This document shows positions 1 through 9,653 of a DNA stretch of 63,647 nt, piece by piece. The notes below the pieces were generated by a model, which did not search any database, was not told the origin of the DNA, and saw only the letters and a program-made list of their open reading frames with translations. Position 1 is the stretch's first letter. Each line of letters starts with the position of its first letter. This stretch comes from a virus (Duplodnaviria; Caudoviricetes): the IMG/VR virus record IMGVR_UViG_3300046813_000058, positions 1 to 63,647 of that record. One strand, written 5' to 3'. Both the position numbers and the translations under genes were made by a program.

Positions 1-127
1 TGTGATGCCATGAAGCCCGACAAACCAAAGCTGGCTGATGGCACGCAACCCGGGCGCAAGCTCGCGCGCCGGGAATCCGAGCTGCTCGGCCGTGGTGGTC
101 GCGGGGTCGCCGCGCTGATCCCGGACG
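1..127. repeat. Terminal direct repeat (copy 1), circular-assembly overlap
   Basis: Identical to 63521-63647; 127 bp equals a common assembler k-mer. Confidence 0.95.
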
Positions 128-339
128 TCGGCGAGTCGCTCGCGCTGCGCGCCGCCGAACGAGACCGCATGCTCGACCTGCTGGACCGGCTCGAGCGCAT
201 CGTGCCGAGAGACGGGTTCTTGCCGCCGGCGCATCAGGACGTGCTGCGCGAGGTCCGCGCCGCGCTGGTGGAACTCGGCAAGCGGGCGCCGGAAGAACGC
301 CCGGTCTGGGTTGACAGGGGCGCACGGGGTAGTTTATAG
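10..339 (+). CDS. Hypothetical protein
   Basis: 109-aa ORF whose ATG overlaps the stop of 63183-63533 across the circular junction. Confidence 0.6.
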   Translation: MKPDKPKLADGTQPGRKLARRESELLGRGGRGVAALIPDVGESLALRAAERDRMLDLLDRLERIVPRDGFLPPAHQDVLREVRAALVELGKRAPEERPVWVDRGARGSL

Positions 340-340
340 T
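311..340 (+). promoter_or_regulatory. Sigma70-like promoter, leaderless
   Basis: TTGACA(311)-18 bp-TATAGT(335), ATG at 347. Confidence 0.7.
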
Positions 341-346
341 TCGGGT

Positions 347-1192
347 ATGGTGACAGCGCGCAAGGTTCTCCCTGTCCTCGATTCCCGCTTCACATCCCTG
401 CAGGCTCACGAGCGCGACCTGATGCTCGAGATCGACGGCATGACGCTGGAGCAGCTCTGCAAGTTCCCGCTGTTGAGCTCGAACGCGAAGACATCGCTCT
501 CGCTCGACTTTCCCATCGGGCACACGTGCGCGCCTACCGCGCTGTGCTCGAAGGTCTGCTACGCCTCGCGGCCGGGCACTCCGGCGCGGTGGGACAAGAG
601 CCTGCGCATGCGGCTGCGGACGCTGCGCTACTTCCAGCTCGCCACCCCGCGCGCCGCGGCGAACCGGCTGTGGCACGAGTTCTCGCGCCGCCGCACGACT
701 GCGAAGTGGGTCAGCAGGGGCGTGCGGATCGACTTCCTGCGGGTCAACGGGACCGGGGACCTGACGCCGGCGGTGGTCGCCGCGCTGAACCTGTTCATGG
801 TCGACCATTCCGAGGTAGCGCTGTGGGTGGTGAGCCGGCGCCCGCTGATCGCCGCCGGCCTGGAGCCGAGGCCGAACCTGTTCCTGCAGCTCAGCGTGGA
901 CGCGACCACGACGCAGCAGGGCGGGTACCTGACCCGCGAGCTGGTCCGCACGAACCCTCGGGCCTATGTCTCATTCCTGCGCACCAAGGTGGCCGACGAC
1001 GTGAGCGGCGCGGCGATCGTGTTCAACGAGAAGCAGACGTCTGGCCTGCCGTACGACGGCATCGCCGACTGCCCGGTGGACGCCGGCCGGCTGGAGCTCG
1101 GCAACGTGCGCGGCGTGGGCGGCACGGCGTGCTCGAAGTGCCGCAAGTGCTTCAGCCCGAAGACGCTGGAGCGGCAGCGGGCGGCGCTGTGA
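347..1192 (+). CDS. GP88-like Cys-motif (putative Fe-S) protein
   Basis: CAPTALCSKVCYA motif, LRVNGTGD, C-terminal CP...CSKCRKC. Confidence 0.6.
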   Translation: MVTARKVLPVLDSRFTSLQAHERDLMLEIDGMTLEQLCKFPLLSSNAKTSLSLDFPIGHTCAPTALCSKVCYASRPGTPARWDKSLRMRLRTLRYFQLATPRAAANRLWHEFSRRRTTAKWVSRGVRIDFLRVNGTGDLTPAVVAALNLFMVDHSEVALWVVSRRPLIAAGLEPRPNLFLQLSVDATTTQQGGYLTRELVRTNPRAYVSFLRTKVADDVSGAAIVFNEKQTSGLPYDGIADCPVDAGRLELGNVRGVGGTACSKCRKCFSPKTLERQRAAL

Positions 1193-1330
1193 CGAAGCGG
1201 CTCACGCCGATCCAGGCGCTGGACTTGAAGGAGCGGGTCGGAGCGCCGATGCTCGCGCCTCGGCTCAAGCGCCGTCGCGGCCGGGCCGGCGCGTATTCAG
1301 CGCGCCTACCGAGCAGGCGAGGCCGCGTGG

Positions 1331-1699
1331 ATGGCCGCGGACATGATCCGCCAGTTCGTCGTGGTCGGAAAGCGCGAGGATCGATGCCGAAATCATCGAT
1401 ATGCGTGGCGCGATCCGTTCGGCGTTCACGCAATCGAAAGGACGACGCTCGTGAGCGACTACACCGAGATAGACCTCATCGAGGACAACGTCCTTGCGGC
1501 CTGGGGTCGGTGCCGGTTCTGTTCCGGTCGCAAATGCGAAACATGTGACTATACGGGTGTCGAGGTCGAAACGTTCGATTTGACATTCCTGCTACATAAT
1601 TTCGCCGTCGCTGGTGCGCTACGTGCCGCCGAGGTTCGTGGGTATCTCGATGGCGTCAAAGCTGGGATTGCGCTCTGCGAGAGCGAGGTGCCCTCGTGA
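1331..1699 (+). CDS. Hypothetical protein with CxxC-CxxC zinc finger
   Basis: CRFCSGRKCETC; start uncertain. Confidence 0.45.
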   Translation: MAADMIRQFVVVGKREDRCRNHRYAWRDPFGVHAIERTTLVSDYTEIDLIEDNVLAAWGRCRFCSGRKCETCDYTGVEVETFDLTFLLHNFAVAGALRAAEVRGYLDGVKAGIALCESEVPS

Positions 1700-1846
1700 C
1701 CCGCGCTGACATTTACCGCGAGGTCGCCGCAGCGCTCCGGGCCACAGGCGAGCGCGGCTCTGAGGTCGCGGCCCTGCTGGTCGAGCAGTTGGCGGACGAA
1801 GTGACCGAGCGCTTGCAATCGTCCAGCGTAGTGGTAGGGTAAACTC

Positions 1847-2065
1847 ATGGGAGACGAAATGATCCAGATCGACATCCCGCTCTACCTCGCCGATTCCATC
1901 GCTGGGGCGCTGTATTCGCATGCGGATATGTACCGTCGCAGTAAGGGCGATTCGGAAGACGTCAAGGCGCTACGCGAGGCCGCTGACCAGCTGGAGACGA
2001 TCGCCGAGAACATCGGGATTCGTGCTGCGAAGGCGCTGGCCGCGCCCGCCAAGGTCCGCCCGTGA
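1847..2065 (+). CDS. Hypothetical protein
   Basis: 72-aa ORF, GTGA overlap with methyltransferase. Confidence 0.55.
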   Translation: MGDEMIQIDIPLYLADSIAGALYSHADMYRRSKGDSEDVKALREAADQLETIAENIGIRAAKALAAPAKVRP

Positions 2066-2736
2066 CTTGGTTCGTCTCGCAGGACGACGCGGTGCAGTGG
2101 CTGCGCGGCCTCCCCGACACCTCGGTCGACCTCGTGGTCACAGACCCGGCGTACGAGTCCCTGGAGAAGCACCGCGCCGTGGGGACGACCACCCGGCTCA
2201 AGCACAGCGCAGGCTCGAGCAACGACTGGTTCGAGATCTTCCCCAACGCGCGATTCCCGGAGCTCCTCGCCGAGGTCTATCGCGTGCTGCGCGACGACCG
2301 GCACTTCTACCTGATGTGCGACCAGGAGACGATGTTCGTGGTTAAGCCGATGGCCGAGTCCCTGGGGTTCCGGTTCTGGAAGCCCCTGGTGTGGGACAAG
2401 GTCACGATCGGCATGGGGTATCACTACCGCTGTCGGTACGAGTTCGTGCTGTTCTTCGAGAAGGGCAAGCGCAAGCTCAACGACCTGGGCGTAGCGGACG
2501 TGATCACCGCGGCGCGCGTGCGCGATGGGTACCCGACGGAGAAACCCGTCAAGCTCTCGACCGTGCTGATCGAGCAGAGCACGCAGCCCGGCGAGCTGGT
2601 GGTGGACCCGTTCATGGGTTCGGCGTCGGTGGGGGCCGCCGCGTTGATGGCCGGGCGCTCGTTCAAGGGATGCGACCTCAGCACGGAGAGCGTGGCGCTC
2701 GCGTCGCGCCGGCTGGCGATGATCGAGCCGACTTGA
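2062..2736 (+). CDS. DNA N4-cytosine/N6-adenine methyltransferase (beta class)
   Basis: SVDLVVTDPAY catalytic motif, YPTEKP, VVDPFMGS SAM-binding motif. Confidence 0.9.
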   Translation: MTWFVSQDDAVQWLRGLPDTSVDLVVTDPAYESLEKHRAVGTTTRLKHSAGSSNDWFEIFPNARFPELLAEVYRVLRDDRHFYLMCDQETMFVVKPMAESLGFRFWKPLVWDKVTIGMGYHYRCRYEFVLFFEKGKRKLNDLGVADVITAARVRDGYPTEKPVKLSTVLIEQSTQPGELVVDPFMGSASVGAAALMAGRSFKGCDLSTESVALASRRLAMIEPT

Positions 2737-2760
2737 CATCGACCACCGACGTGCTATAAA
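2733..2760 (+). promoter_or_regulatory. Sigma70-like promoter, leaderless
   Basis: TTGACA-16 bp-TATAAA, ATG at 2767 (6 nt downstream). Confidence 0.75.
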
Positions 2761-2766
2761 CGTGGC

Positions 2767-3231
2767 ATGACCACCGCTGACGACAAGAACCCATCTGGCT
2801 TCGTCCCTTGGCCCGAGGGTCAACCGCCCCAGTACAACGGGAGCGGACACCCGTGTGACATGTGGATCGGTCCCTGTTCGTGCGGCGCTACGCACACAGC
2901 GGCTCAGCGGGGACCTGCGGCGCCCGAGGCGCGTCGGGCGAGCGACGACAGGCCGAGCATCGCGGAGCTACAGCGCATCGAGCGCGACCATCTGTCGCCG
3001 GCACCGTGGGAGTCGCTCGACTGGTGGACGCTGGCCGACCGCGCGAAGATTGCCATCCGCAACGCCGCTCCGGTGCTCCTCGAGATCGCTGCGGCGGCGC
3101 TGGCTCGGCAGGCCGCCATGACGGCGATCGAGGAAGACAAGTCGGGCTCTCGGACGTGGGAGGCGCGCTGGGATGCCGTGTATGCTGCCGATCGGGCCAT
3201 CAGAGCCGCGCTCGCCAAGGTCCGCCCGTGA
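2767..3231 (+). CDS. Hypothetical protein; C-terminal part paralogous to 51055-51264
   Basis: SDDRPSIAELQR...AAPVLLEIAAAA...KVRP shared with minus-strand copy. Confidence 0.65.
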   Translation: MTTADDKNPSGFVPWPEGQPPQYNGSGHPCDMWIGPCSCGATHTAAQRGPAAPEARRASDDRPSIAELQRIERDHLSPAPWESLDWWTLADRAKIAIRNAAPVLLEIAAAALARQAAMTAIEEDKSGSRTWEARWDAVYAADRAIRAALAKVRP

Positions 3232-4031
3232 CCGACCTTGCGCAGTTGTACGAGGCCGCGATCCTGCGCTGGGGCGATGGCGAGACCCCCAAGGCGACCG
3301 ACCTCGAGAACGAGGTCCACGAGCTCCAGGAGCGGCTCTGGGCCGCTGGCCCGCTTGGCGACGGGACCGAACAGCTCGCCCTCGGCGTGATCGAGTACAT
3401 CGGCGGCTCGTTCGAGACCGAAGACGCGGAGCACGCGGTCGAGTGCCTCGGGAAGGCGATGGTCTGCGCGGCCGGCTACGCGTACCAGCACGGCCTGGCG
3501 CTTGCGCCGATCCTGGACCTGGCGCGCGCGCTCACGCGCCGCGACGACGTCCAGCCGGTGCACGGGGTGACCCGGCTCGCGGCGCTGGAGCGCCAAGACC
3601 TGGTCGAGTCTCATCACGTGGTCGCGGCGTTGGGGCTGTGCATCGCGAAAGGGACCGACGACTGCGAGATCGTGCACGGCCTGACGATCGAGCCCCACGG
3701 CGTGTTCCTGACGATCGGCAGGGAGATGCTGGAGCGCAACGATCCAAAGCTGCAGGCTGCCCTCGCCGAAGCGGTCACGTCATCCCTGGAGCCGGCCGCC
3801 AGGGTCCGGCTCGCGAAGGGGCAGGTTGGCGAGTGGCTCGCCGGCATCGATCGCCGGATAGACGCGGTGGCCGAGTTCCTGCCGGCGCAGCACGTCAACC
3901 CGCTCGGGATCTGCCCGCAGTGCGCGGCGCCGATGTCAACCCTCGATGGTACGGGCTACCGATGCGAGAACGGACACGAGCTGACCACGGAGCAGATGCG
4001 CGCCCTCCTTCGTGCGAGCACTGCAGAATGA
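3228..4031 (+). CDS. Hypothetical protein with C-terminal zinc ribbon
   Basis: GTG overlapping previous stop; CPQC...YRCENGH. Confidence 0.6.
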   Translation: MTDLAQLYEAAILRWGDGETPKATDLENEVHELQERLWAAGPLGDGTEQLALGVIEYIGGSFETEDAEHAVECLGKAMVCAAGYAYQHGLALAPILDLARALTRRDDVQPVHGVTRLAALERQDLVESHHVVAALGLCIAKGTDDCEIVHGLTIEPHGVFLTIGREMLERNDPKLQAALAEAVTSSLEPAARVRLAKGQVGEWLAGIDRRIDAVAEFLPAQHVNPLGICPQCAAPMSTLDGTGYRCENGHELTTEQMRALLRASTAE

Positions 4032-4164
4032 GGCAGCGCTACATGCTGACCGTCGGGCGAGACCTCGTGCTGTGCCTGACCTGCTGGATCGACGGAGTGC
4101 GCACGATGCACGTTGACAGCGCCGCCCAGTAGTCTATGCTGGCGCGGTAAACCAAGGAGCAACG

Positions 4165-4503
4165 ATGCCGAACACGGAACCGATCAGGATGGCGAACGGC
4201 GGGATCCCGCGTCGCCTCACGTTCGATCTGATGCGCGAGATGCACATGCACATCTGGCGCACGACCGGACGGAAGCCACACGATCACACGATCCGCTGCA
4301 CGAAGGCGCATCGAGACGCCTATCTCCAGATGTTCGGAGACCGGCTCACCGCGGCCACCATCATGGAACCGGCCTTCGATGGTGTGCCGATCGCGGTCGA
4401 TCTGGTCGATCTGGTCGGTGCAGTGCCTGCCGACCAGATGGAGTGGTTGCTGGCAGGGCAGGTTGTCGGCGTGCTGGCCGACCTGCGGGCCGGTGGCGGC
4501 TAG
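4165..4503 (+). CDS. Hypothetical protein
   Basis: AAGGAG RBS upstream. Confidence 0.6.
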   Translation: MPNTEPIRMANGGIPRRLTFDLMREMHMHIWRTTGRKPHDHTIRCTKAHRDAYLQMFGDRLTAATIMEPAFDGVPIAVDLVDLVGAVPADQMEWLLAGQVVGVLADLRAGGG

Positions 4504-4505
4504 CC

Positions 4506-5015
4506 ATGGTGGCCATCCCACGTCGAATCAAACGCACGAGCCGGCTGGCCTACGAGGGCCTCGTGGCCTCGGGCCAGCTCAAGGGCAAGTGCCAGCGCTA
4601 CTTGTCCGCGCTGATCGAACACGGTCCAGCTACGAGCGGTGAGGTGATTGCCGAGATCAGTTCGCGCGACTACATCATGCGGAACGTCAACGCCGAGCGC
4701 GGCCGGTTCACCGAGCTCCAGGCGCGCGGTCTGATCCGGCAGATCGGCGAGCGCCCGTGCAAGATCAGCGGCCGGCTGTGCATCGTGTGGGCGCCGACCG
4801 GGCGCGACACCCCGCTCGACGAGGGCCGCAAGCACGTGGCGACCAGCCGGGCAGCGGAGTGGCAGGAGAGCGCGCGGCAGTGGCGGCTGATCGCAGACCG
4901 CGCGATCGATGTCATCGTCGGATCGAGCGAGGACGCCGGAGCCATCGTGGTCGCCGAGTACCAGGCGCTGGCCAAGCAGGAGCGAACGCGCGAGCGGCGG
5001 CGAGGTCGATCGTGA
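4506..5015 (+). CDS. Putative winged-helix DNA-binding protein
   Basis: GPATSGEV...RFTELQARGLIRQIGERPCKISGR, typical phage wHTH pattern. Confidence 0.55.
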   Translation: MVAIPRRIKRTSRLAYEGLVASGQLKGKCQRYLSALIEHGPATSGEVIAEISSRDYIMRNVNAERGRFTELQARGLIRQIGERPCKISGRLCIVWAPTGRDTPLDEGRKHVATSRAAEWQESARQWRLIADRAIDVIVGSSEDAGAIVVAEYQALAKQERTRERRRGRS

Positions 5016-5236
5016 CATTCCGCGCGCTGCTCGCAGCCATGCAGGAGTTCGCGACGGCGAATCCCGACCACGAAGCGCTCGACCGTCAGGTTGTAGTTCG
5101 GGTTGGCGTCCCGAACGGCGATGACGACGAGGATTTGCACGTCTGTGGTCTGCAGTCGGCGATCGTTGATGCTGGTTGCACGGATGACTTCGCGCTCGTT
5201 CTCGACGCCGACCAAGAGCCGGAGGATGACGAGTGA
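5012..5236 (+). CDS. Small acidic hypothetical protein
   Basis: Translationally coupled on both sides. Confidence 0.5.
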   Translation: MTFRALLAAMQEFATANPDHEALDRQVVVRVGVPNGDDDEDLHVCGLQSAIVDAGCTDDFALVLDADQEPEDDE

Positions 5237-5505
5237 CCGCGTTCGTCGGCCACACCTCCGACCAGACGCGGTTCCTCGCCGAGCGGCGCCGCCTGATCGC
5301 CCAGCGGGTTGCCGTCATGCAGGTGCGCCGCAAGGGCAGGCCGAGCCCGGAGCGGCGCGCCAAGCTGGTGGTTGCGGCGCGCGCCCGCTGGGCTGCCGAT
5401 CGCGAACGGCTCGGGCTGGAGCCGCGCGACCGGACGATCGAGCATGGTGGAAGCCCGGACTACGAGATGGACCAGGTCCCGGACTCGCTCACGGAGGACA
5501 GGTGA
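5233..5505 (+). CDS. Hypothetical protein
   Basis: Coupled ORF. Confidence 0.45.
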   Translation: MTAFVGHTSDQTRFLAERRRLIAQRVAVMQVRRKGRPSPERRAKLVVAARARWAADRERLGLEPRDRTIEHGGSPDYEMDQVPDSLTEDR

Positions 5506-5723
5506 CGCGTCCGCGTAACGACGGGCGGCCGATGCTCGAGCGCTGCCGTGAGGCTCGCAAGTTGTCCGGATACCCTGCGCACGAGCGAAGCCATGATCTC
5601 GTCGAGGCTCTGGGTGCTGCCATGACAGTCGTAGAGGCTGCGATTCGCGCACACGATGACGCACGATTCGCGCCGGATCTTGCGCTTGCGGTCGAGGCGA
5701 TCCGCCGTGCCGCCCCACGGTAA
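5502..5723 (+). CDS. Hypothetical protein
   Basis: GGAGG RBS, GTGA coupling. Confidence 0.45.
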   Translation: MTRPRNDGRPMLERCREARKLSGYPAHERSHDLVEALGAAMTVVEAAIRAHDDARFAPDLALAVEAIRRAAPR

Positions 5724-5771
5724 ACCCCCGGTGACACGCGCGAGCGCCGGTGGTACGCTGGAGACGGAGCC

Positions 5772-6290
5772 ATGGAAGACGAACCACAGAAGCGCGGGCG
5801 CCCGCCCGCTCACGTGCACCGTGCCAACTTGGCGCGCCTCGAGAGCCTGATCGTCGAGGGCTACACGATCGAGCGATGCATCGAGTTCATGATCGACGAG
5901 GGCCGCACCGACAACGAGGACACGGTGCGCCGCTGGCGAGCCGAGGTCTTCGCGCGCTGGACCAAGGAGGACATCGAGCTCCGACCGGCCCGCCGCGACA
6001 TGATGCGGCAGCAGCTCATGATGCTGTTTCGCGCGAGCTATCAGGCGAGCACCGACACCGAAGGCCGGCCGCTCACCACGATGGCGGCGACGCTGAGCCG
6101 AGCCGAGTGCACCAAGATCGCCAAGCTGTCTTGTCAGCTCGACGGCTTGCTGGCGCCGACGGTGGTCAAAGTCGACGGGGCGGTGGACCCGCTGGCGATG
6201 TCCCCGAGCGAGCGCAGGGCGGAGATCGACGAGCTGCTCGCCAAGCGCGAGGCGGCGATGCGCGAGGCGGCAGGAAGGGATGGGAACTGA
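5772..6290 (+). CDS. Probable terminase small subunit
   Basis: N-terminal KRGRP and HTH-like region, helical body, upstream of TerL. Confidence 0.55.
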   Translation: MEDEPQKRGRPPAHVHRANLARLESLIVEGYTIERCIEFMIDEGRTDNEDTVRRWRAEVFARWTKEDIELRPARRDMMRQQLMMLFRASYQASTDTEGRPLTTMAATLSRAECTKIAKLSCQLDGLLAPTVVKVDGAVDPLAMSPSERRAEIDELLAKREAAMREAAGRDGN

Positions 6291-6459
6291 CCGTGGTGAT
6301 CAAGTGCGCAGTTGTCGGAGGCAGAACGTTCCACACCGGACCGTTCGAGACTCGCCTCTGCCTGGCACATCGCTGTGAGGCCGATTACAGGTTCGGCCCG
6401 GATGGCGTTTGGCGCCCAGGGGACGGCGAAACCTACGACGCGACGATCACGGAGATCCG

Positions 6460-6738
6460 ATGACCGACCTGCTCGCCCCGCGGCCGATGACCCCGGCGCA
6501 GGTCGCGGACCTCGTCGAGCGCACGCGCGAGAACATGCGGGACATCGGCAGCTCCGACCTCTGCATCGCGACAAGGCTGGCCCGGTTCACCTGCAGGTAT
6601 GCTGCGGCCGAGGACATCACGCTCCCCGAAGCGTGCCGCCAGGTGATCGCTCTCACTCGGTGCTCGGTCACGCAGTCGGCGGTGTACCGCTGGTGGGATC
6701 GCCTCTACCCCAGGCAGCGAAGGCCCGGACGACCATGA
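6460..6738 (+). CDS. Hypothetical protein
   Basis: GGAG RBS, coupled. Confidence 0.5.
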   Translation: MTDLLAPRPMTPAQVADLVERTRENMRDIGSSDLCIATRLARFTCRYAAAEDITLPEACRQVIALTRCSVTQSAVYRWWDRLYPRQRRPGRP

Positions 6739-7313
6739 ACCCCTGCCGATGCTGCGGCGTGATCCAGGTCGGCCTCCGCGCCGAGTTGCGCCGCTGCGTT
6801 CTCTGCGATTCCTGCGACCGACGGCACGGCCTCGAGCGCGAGGCGCTGGTCATGGCGCTGTTCGGCGTTGGCCGGCTGACCATGTGGGAGGCGATCGGCC
6901 AGCTGATGATCGACGACGCGCACCACGCCGGCATGCTGATGCTCCGCGGATCGCGAGGCGCCGCTGACCTGTGGGTCCCGCGTCCGGTGCCGCGCTGGGC
7001 GGTGGTGATCGGTCGAGCGCTCGCGCGCCAGGAGCAGCCCGCGGCCGGGGACGTGGTCGCCGCGGTGATGCAGCGGTACGTGCCCGGGCCGGCGAGCGCC
7101 CTTCCCGAGCTGCGCGCCGAGCTCACCGCCGCGCTGCAGGCGTTCGATCCGGACGTGCTCGGCGTCGAGGTCGCGTGCGAGCAGGACGTGCTCGACTCGG
7201 GTCACATGCTGATCAACATCCTGCACCGCACGGCTGCCGGGCCGGTGGTAACGCTGTCGCCGGAGGTCGAGATCCCCACGGACATCGGGCGAAGGCCGCG
7301 GGGGCAGGCATGA
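6735..7313 (+). CDS. Hypothetical protein with N-terminal Cys cluster
   Basis: CRCC...CVLCDSC; coupled. Confidence 0.5.
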   Translation: MNPCRCCGVIQVGLRAELRRCVLCDSCDRRHGLEREALVMALFGVGRLTMWEAIGQLMIDDAHHAGMLMLRGSRGAADLWVPRPVPRWAVVIGRALARQEQPAAGDVVAAVMQRYVPGPASALPELRAELTAALQAFDPDVLGVEVACEQDVLDSGHMLINILHRTAAGPVVTLSPEVEIPTDIGRRPRGQA

Positions 7314-7816
7314 GGGCGCTCACGCTCACGCAGCCGTGGACCGGCCTCGTGGCGAGCGGAATCAAGCTCATCGAGAACAGGCCGCGGTCCATCGTCAGGA
7401 CCGCGGACTTCGGTGAGCCTTTCGCGCTGCACGCGAGTCGCGAGATCGACGAGAGTGTCTATGGCCGGATCGGCGGGATCGCCCCCGAGCTCAGATCGGA
7501 CATGGACATCGCCAATATCTCCGAATCGCTGTGGTACCCGCTCTCGCGTATCACGAGCTCGGTGATCGGCGTGGCGACGATCGTTCGCTCGTTGACGCCG
7601 GGAGAGGTGGAGACCGGGGCGATCGCTGATCCAGCTCAGGTTCGCTGGTTCTTCGGGCCCGTCGGCTACCTATTGCGCGACGTTCGCGCGCTCGCGACTC
7701 CGGTCCCGTGCCGCGGCTGGCAGGGCTTTTGGACGCTGCCGGAAGACATCGAACGCGCCGTATCGGAACAGATCCCGGCGAGGCGCCTCGGCCAAGGCGT
7801 GCTCGCGCTCGGGTAG
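7310..7816 (+). CDS. ASCH-domain protein
   Basis: MRALTLTQPW...GIKLIENR...LHAS...PVPCRGWQGFW. Confidence 0.85.
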   Translation: MRALTLTQPWTGLVASGIKLIENRPRSIVRTADFGEPFALHASREIDESVYGRIGGIAPELRSDMDIANISESLWYPLSRITSSVIGVATIVRSLTPGEVETGAIADPAQVRWFFGPVGYLLRDVRALATPVPCRGWQGFWTLPEDIERAVSEQIPARRLGQGVLALG

Positions 7817-7819
7817 GTC

Positions 7820-9382
7820 GTGGTCGCCTTCGGGACCGCAGAGGAGGCGCGGCTCACCGCCCTCTTGCGTGCGGACCACGGCGAGTCGTTCCGCGACTTC
7901 GTGGCGCGCGTCTCGCCGCACCACAGCATCAAGCGCCACCTCGAGCCGGTCGCCGACCTGTGGGAGCGCACGCGATACGAGCGGGTGTTCGCGTGCGTCG
8001 AGCTCCCCCCGCAGCATGGCAAGACCACGACCGGCCTGCACGGGCTGGCCTGGCGGATGGGGCGGGATCCTGTGCTCGCGCACGGGTTCGCGACCTATAA
8101 CGACAACCTCGCGGCGTCGAAGTCTCGCATCTGCCGACGCATGGCCATCGCGAGCGGCGTGCAGATCCCGCGCGGCGCCGCTGCCGTGCACGAGTGGCAG
8201 ACGACCCGCGGCGGCGGCTTGCTCGCCCACGGCTACAAGGGCCAGTGGGGCGGCATGCCCATCAACGGCGTGGCGCTCCTCGACGACCTGTACAAGGACC
8301 GCAAGGACGCCGAGAGCAAGGTGATCCGCGAGAACGTGTGGGAGTTCTTCACCGACGTCCTCTGGCCGCGCCTGCACCCGCCGAGCAAACGCAACATGGG
8401 CGCATCGGTGATCGCGCAGTTCACGCGATGGCATGCCGACGACCTGATCGGCCGGCTGCTGCAGGGCAAGTACAAGGGGTACCAGTTCGAGGAGATCCGG
8501 CTCGCGGCGATCTGCGAGGACGAGGACGACATCTTGGGGCGGCAGATCGGCGAGGCGCTCTGGCCCGAGCAGATGCCGATCGACGAGCTCCGCCGCATCG
8601 AGGAGAGCTCGGGGCCGTACAGCTTCGCGTCGCTCTACCAGCAGCGCCCGCGGCCCCGCGGCGCCGACATCTTCGGCGAGCCGGCTACGTTCTCGCTCGC
8701 GGACTGGCGGCCCGACGAACACCGCATCATCATCTGCTGTGACCCCGCAGCCACCGACGACAACCGCGCCGATTTCTCCGCCGCGTTCGTCCTCGCTGCG
8801 AAGGGATTCGGCCTGGACATGAAGGTGTGGATCCTCCACGGCTGGCGCGACCACATCACGGTGCCGGCCGTCGCGCGCAAGCTGTACGAGATCCAGCAAC
8901 GGCACTGGGGCGACCGCTACCCGGTGCCGATCGCGGTCGAGAGCGTGGGCGGGTTCAAGGCGGTGCCGCAGATCCTGAAGGAGATCGAGCCGCGCCTACG
9001 CATTCGCCCCATCAAGCCGAAGGGCGACAAGTTCACCCGCGCGCAGGGCTTCGCGGCGGCGTGGAACGCGGGCCGGGTGCTCGTGCCGATCGACAGCGAC
9101 CTGTGGTGGGACAGCAAGGCCGCGTGGCCCGACGGGCGTCAGGGCCGGTTCCTGCTGCCGGCGAACGAGGTCACCGGAGAGCGCTTCGCGCGCAAGCTCC
9201 GCGCCGGCGTTCAGGCCGGCATCACCTGGGCCGACGAGCTGCTGTGGGAGGCGGACAAGTTCACCGGCGTGGGCGATCTCGAGGATGACCAGATCGACGC
9301 GCTCGCACACGGGTATAACGAGCTCCACGATGTCAAGCAACCCAATCGCGGAGAACGTCCTAACCGAAGCGCGTTCGGATGA
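7820..9382 (+). CDS. terL: Terminase large subunit
   Basis: Walker A PPQHGKT, Walker B LLDD, TRWH coupling motif, LYQQRP, nuclease DPA and DDQIDA. Confidence 0.95.
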   Translation: MVAFGTAEEARLTALLRADHGESFRDFVARVSPHHSIKRHLEPVADLWERTRYERVFACVELPPQHGKTTTGLHGLAWRMGRDPVLAHGFATYNDNLAASKSRICRRMAIASGVQIPRGAAAVHEWQTTRGGGLLAHGYKGQWGGMPINGVALLDDLYKDRKDAESKVIRENVWEFFTDVLWPRLHPPSKRNMGASVIAQFTRWHADDLIGRLLQGKYKGYQFEEIRLAAICEDEDDILGRQIGEALWPEQMPIDELRRIEESSGPYSFASLYQQRPRPRGADIFGEPATFSLADWRPDEHRIIICCDPAATDDNRADFSAAFVLAAKGFGLDMKVWILHGWRDHITVPAVARKLYEIQQRHWGDRYPVPIAVESVGGFKAVPQILKEIEPRLRIRPIKPKGDKFTRAQGFAAAWNAGRVLVPIDSDLWWDSKAAWPDGRQGRFLLPANEVTGERFARKLRAGVQAGITWADELLWEADKFTGVGDLEDDQIDALAHGYNELHDVKQPNRGERPNRSAFG

Positions 9383-9389
9383 TTCCCCC

Positions 9390-9418
9390 TTGCGCGAGCA
9401 CAGTAGCAGTGCTATAAA
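9390..9418 (+). promoter_or_regulatory. Sigma70-like promoter, leaderless
   Basis: TTGCGC-17 bp-TATAAA, ATG at 9425; palindrome TAGCAGTGCTA overlaps -10. Confidence 0.7.
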
Positions 9419-9424
9419 CAGAGC

Positions 9425-9640
9425 ATGAACACGACGACGCAGCTCTCGGCAGGCCAGAAGATCACGAACAGCAAGGCGTTCGTCTCGCCGATCGGCGCCT
9501 ACTTCGCGGCAGGCTCGGTCTTCACCGTCGAGGTGGTGGGGACGGTCAACACGCGATGCCGAGCCAACATGTGCGGCTCGGTGGTGTGGGTGATGGGAAA
9601 TGAGATCGGCGACATCATCGCCACCGACGCGTGGCGCTAA
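9425..9640 (+). CDS. Hypothetical protein
   Basis: Leaderless ORF behind promoter. Confidence 0.6.
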   Translation: MNTTTQLSAGQKITNSKAFVSPIGAYFAAGSVFTVEVVGTVNTRCRANMCGSVVWVMGNEIGDIIATDAWR

Positions 9641-9653
9641 CCCGGAGGAAGCC

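Noticed and set aside
1189-1331. Frameshifted pseudogene upstream of 1331
   Set aside because: A coupled GTG at 1189 is in another frame, but no homology evidence supports joining the frames
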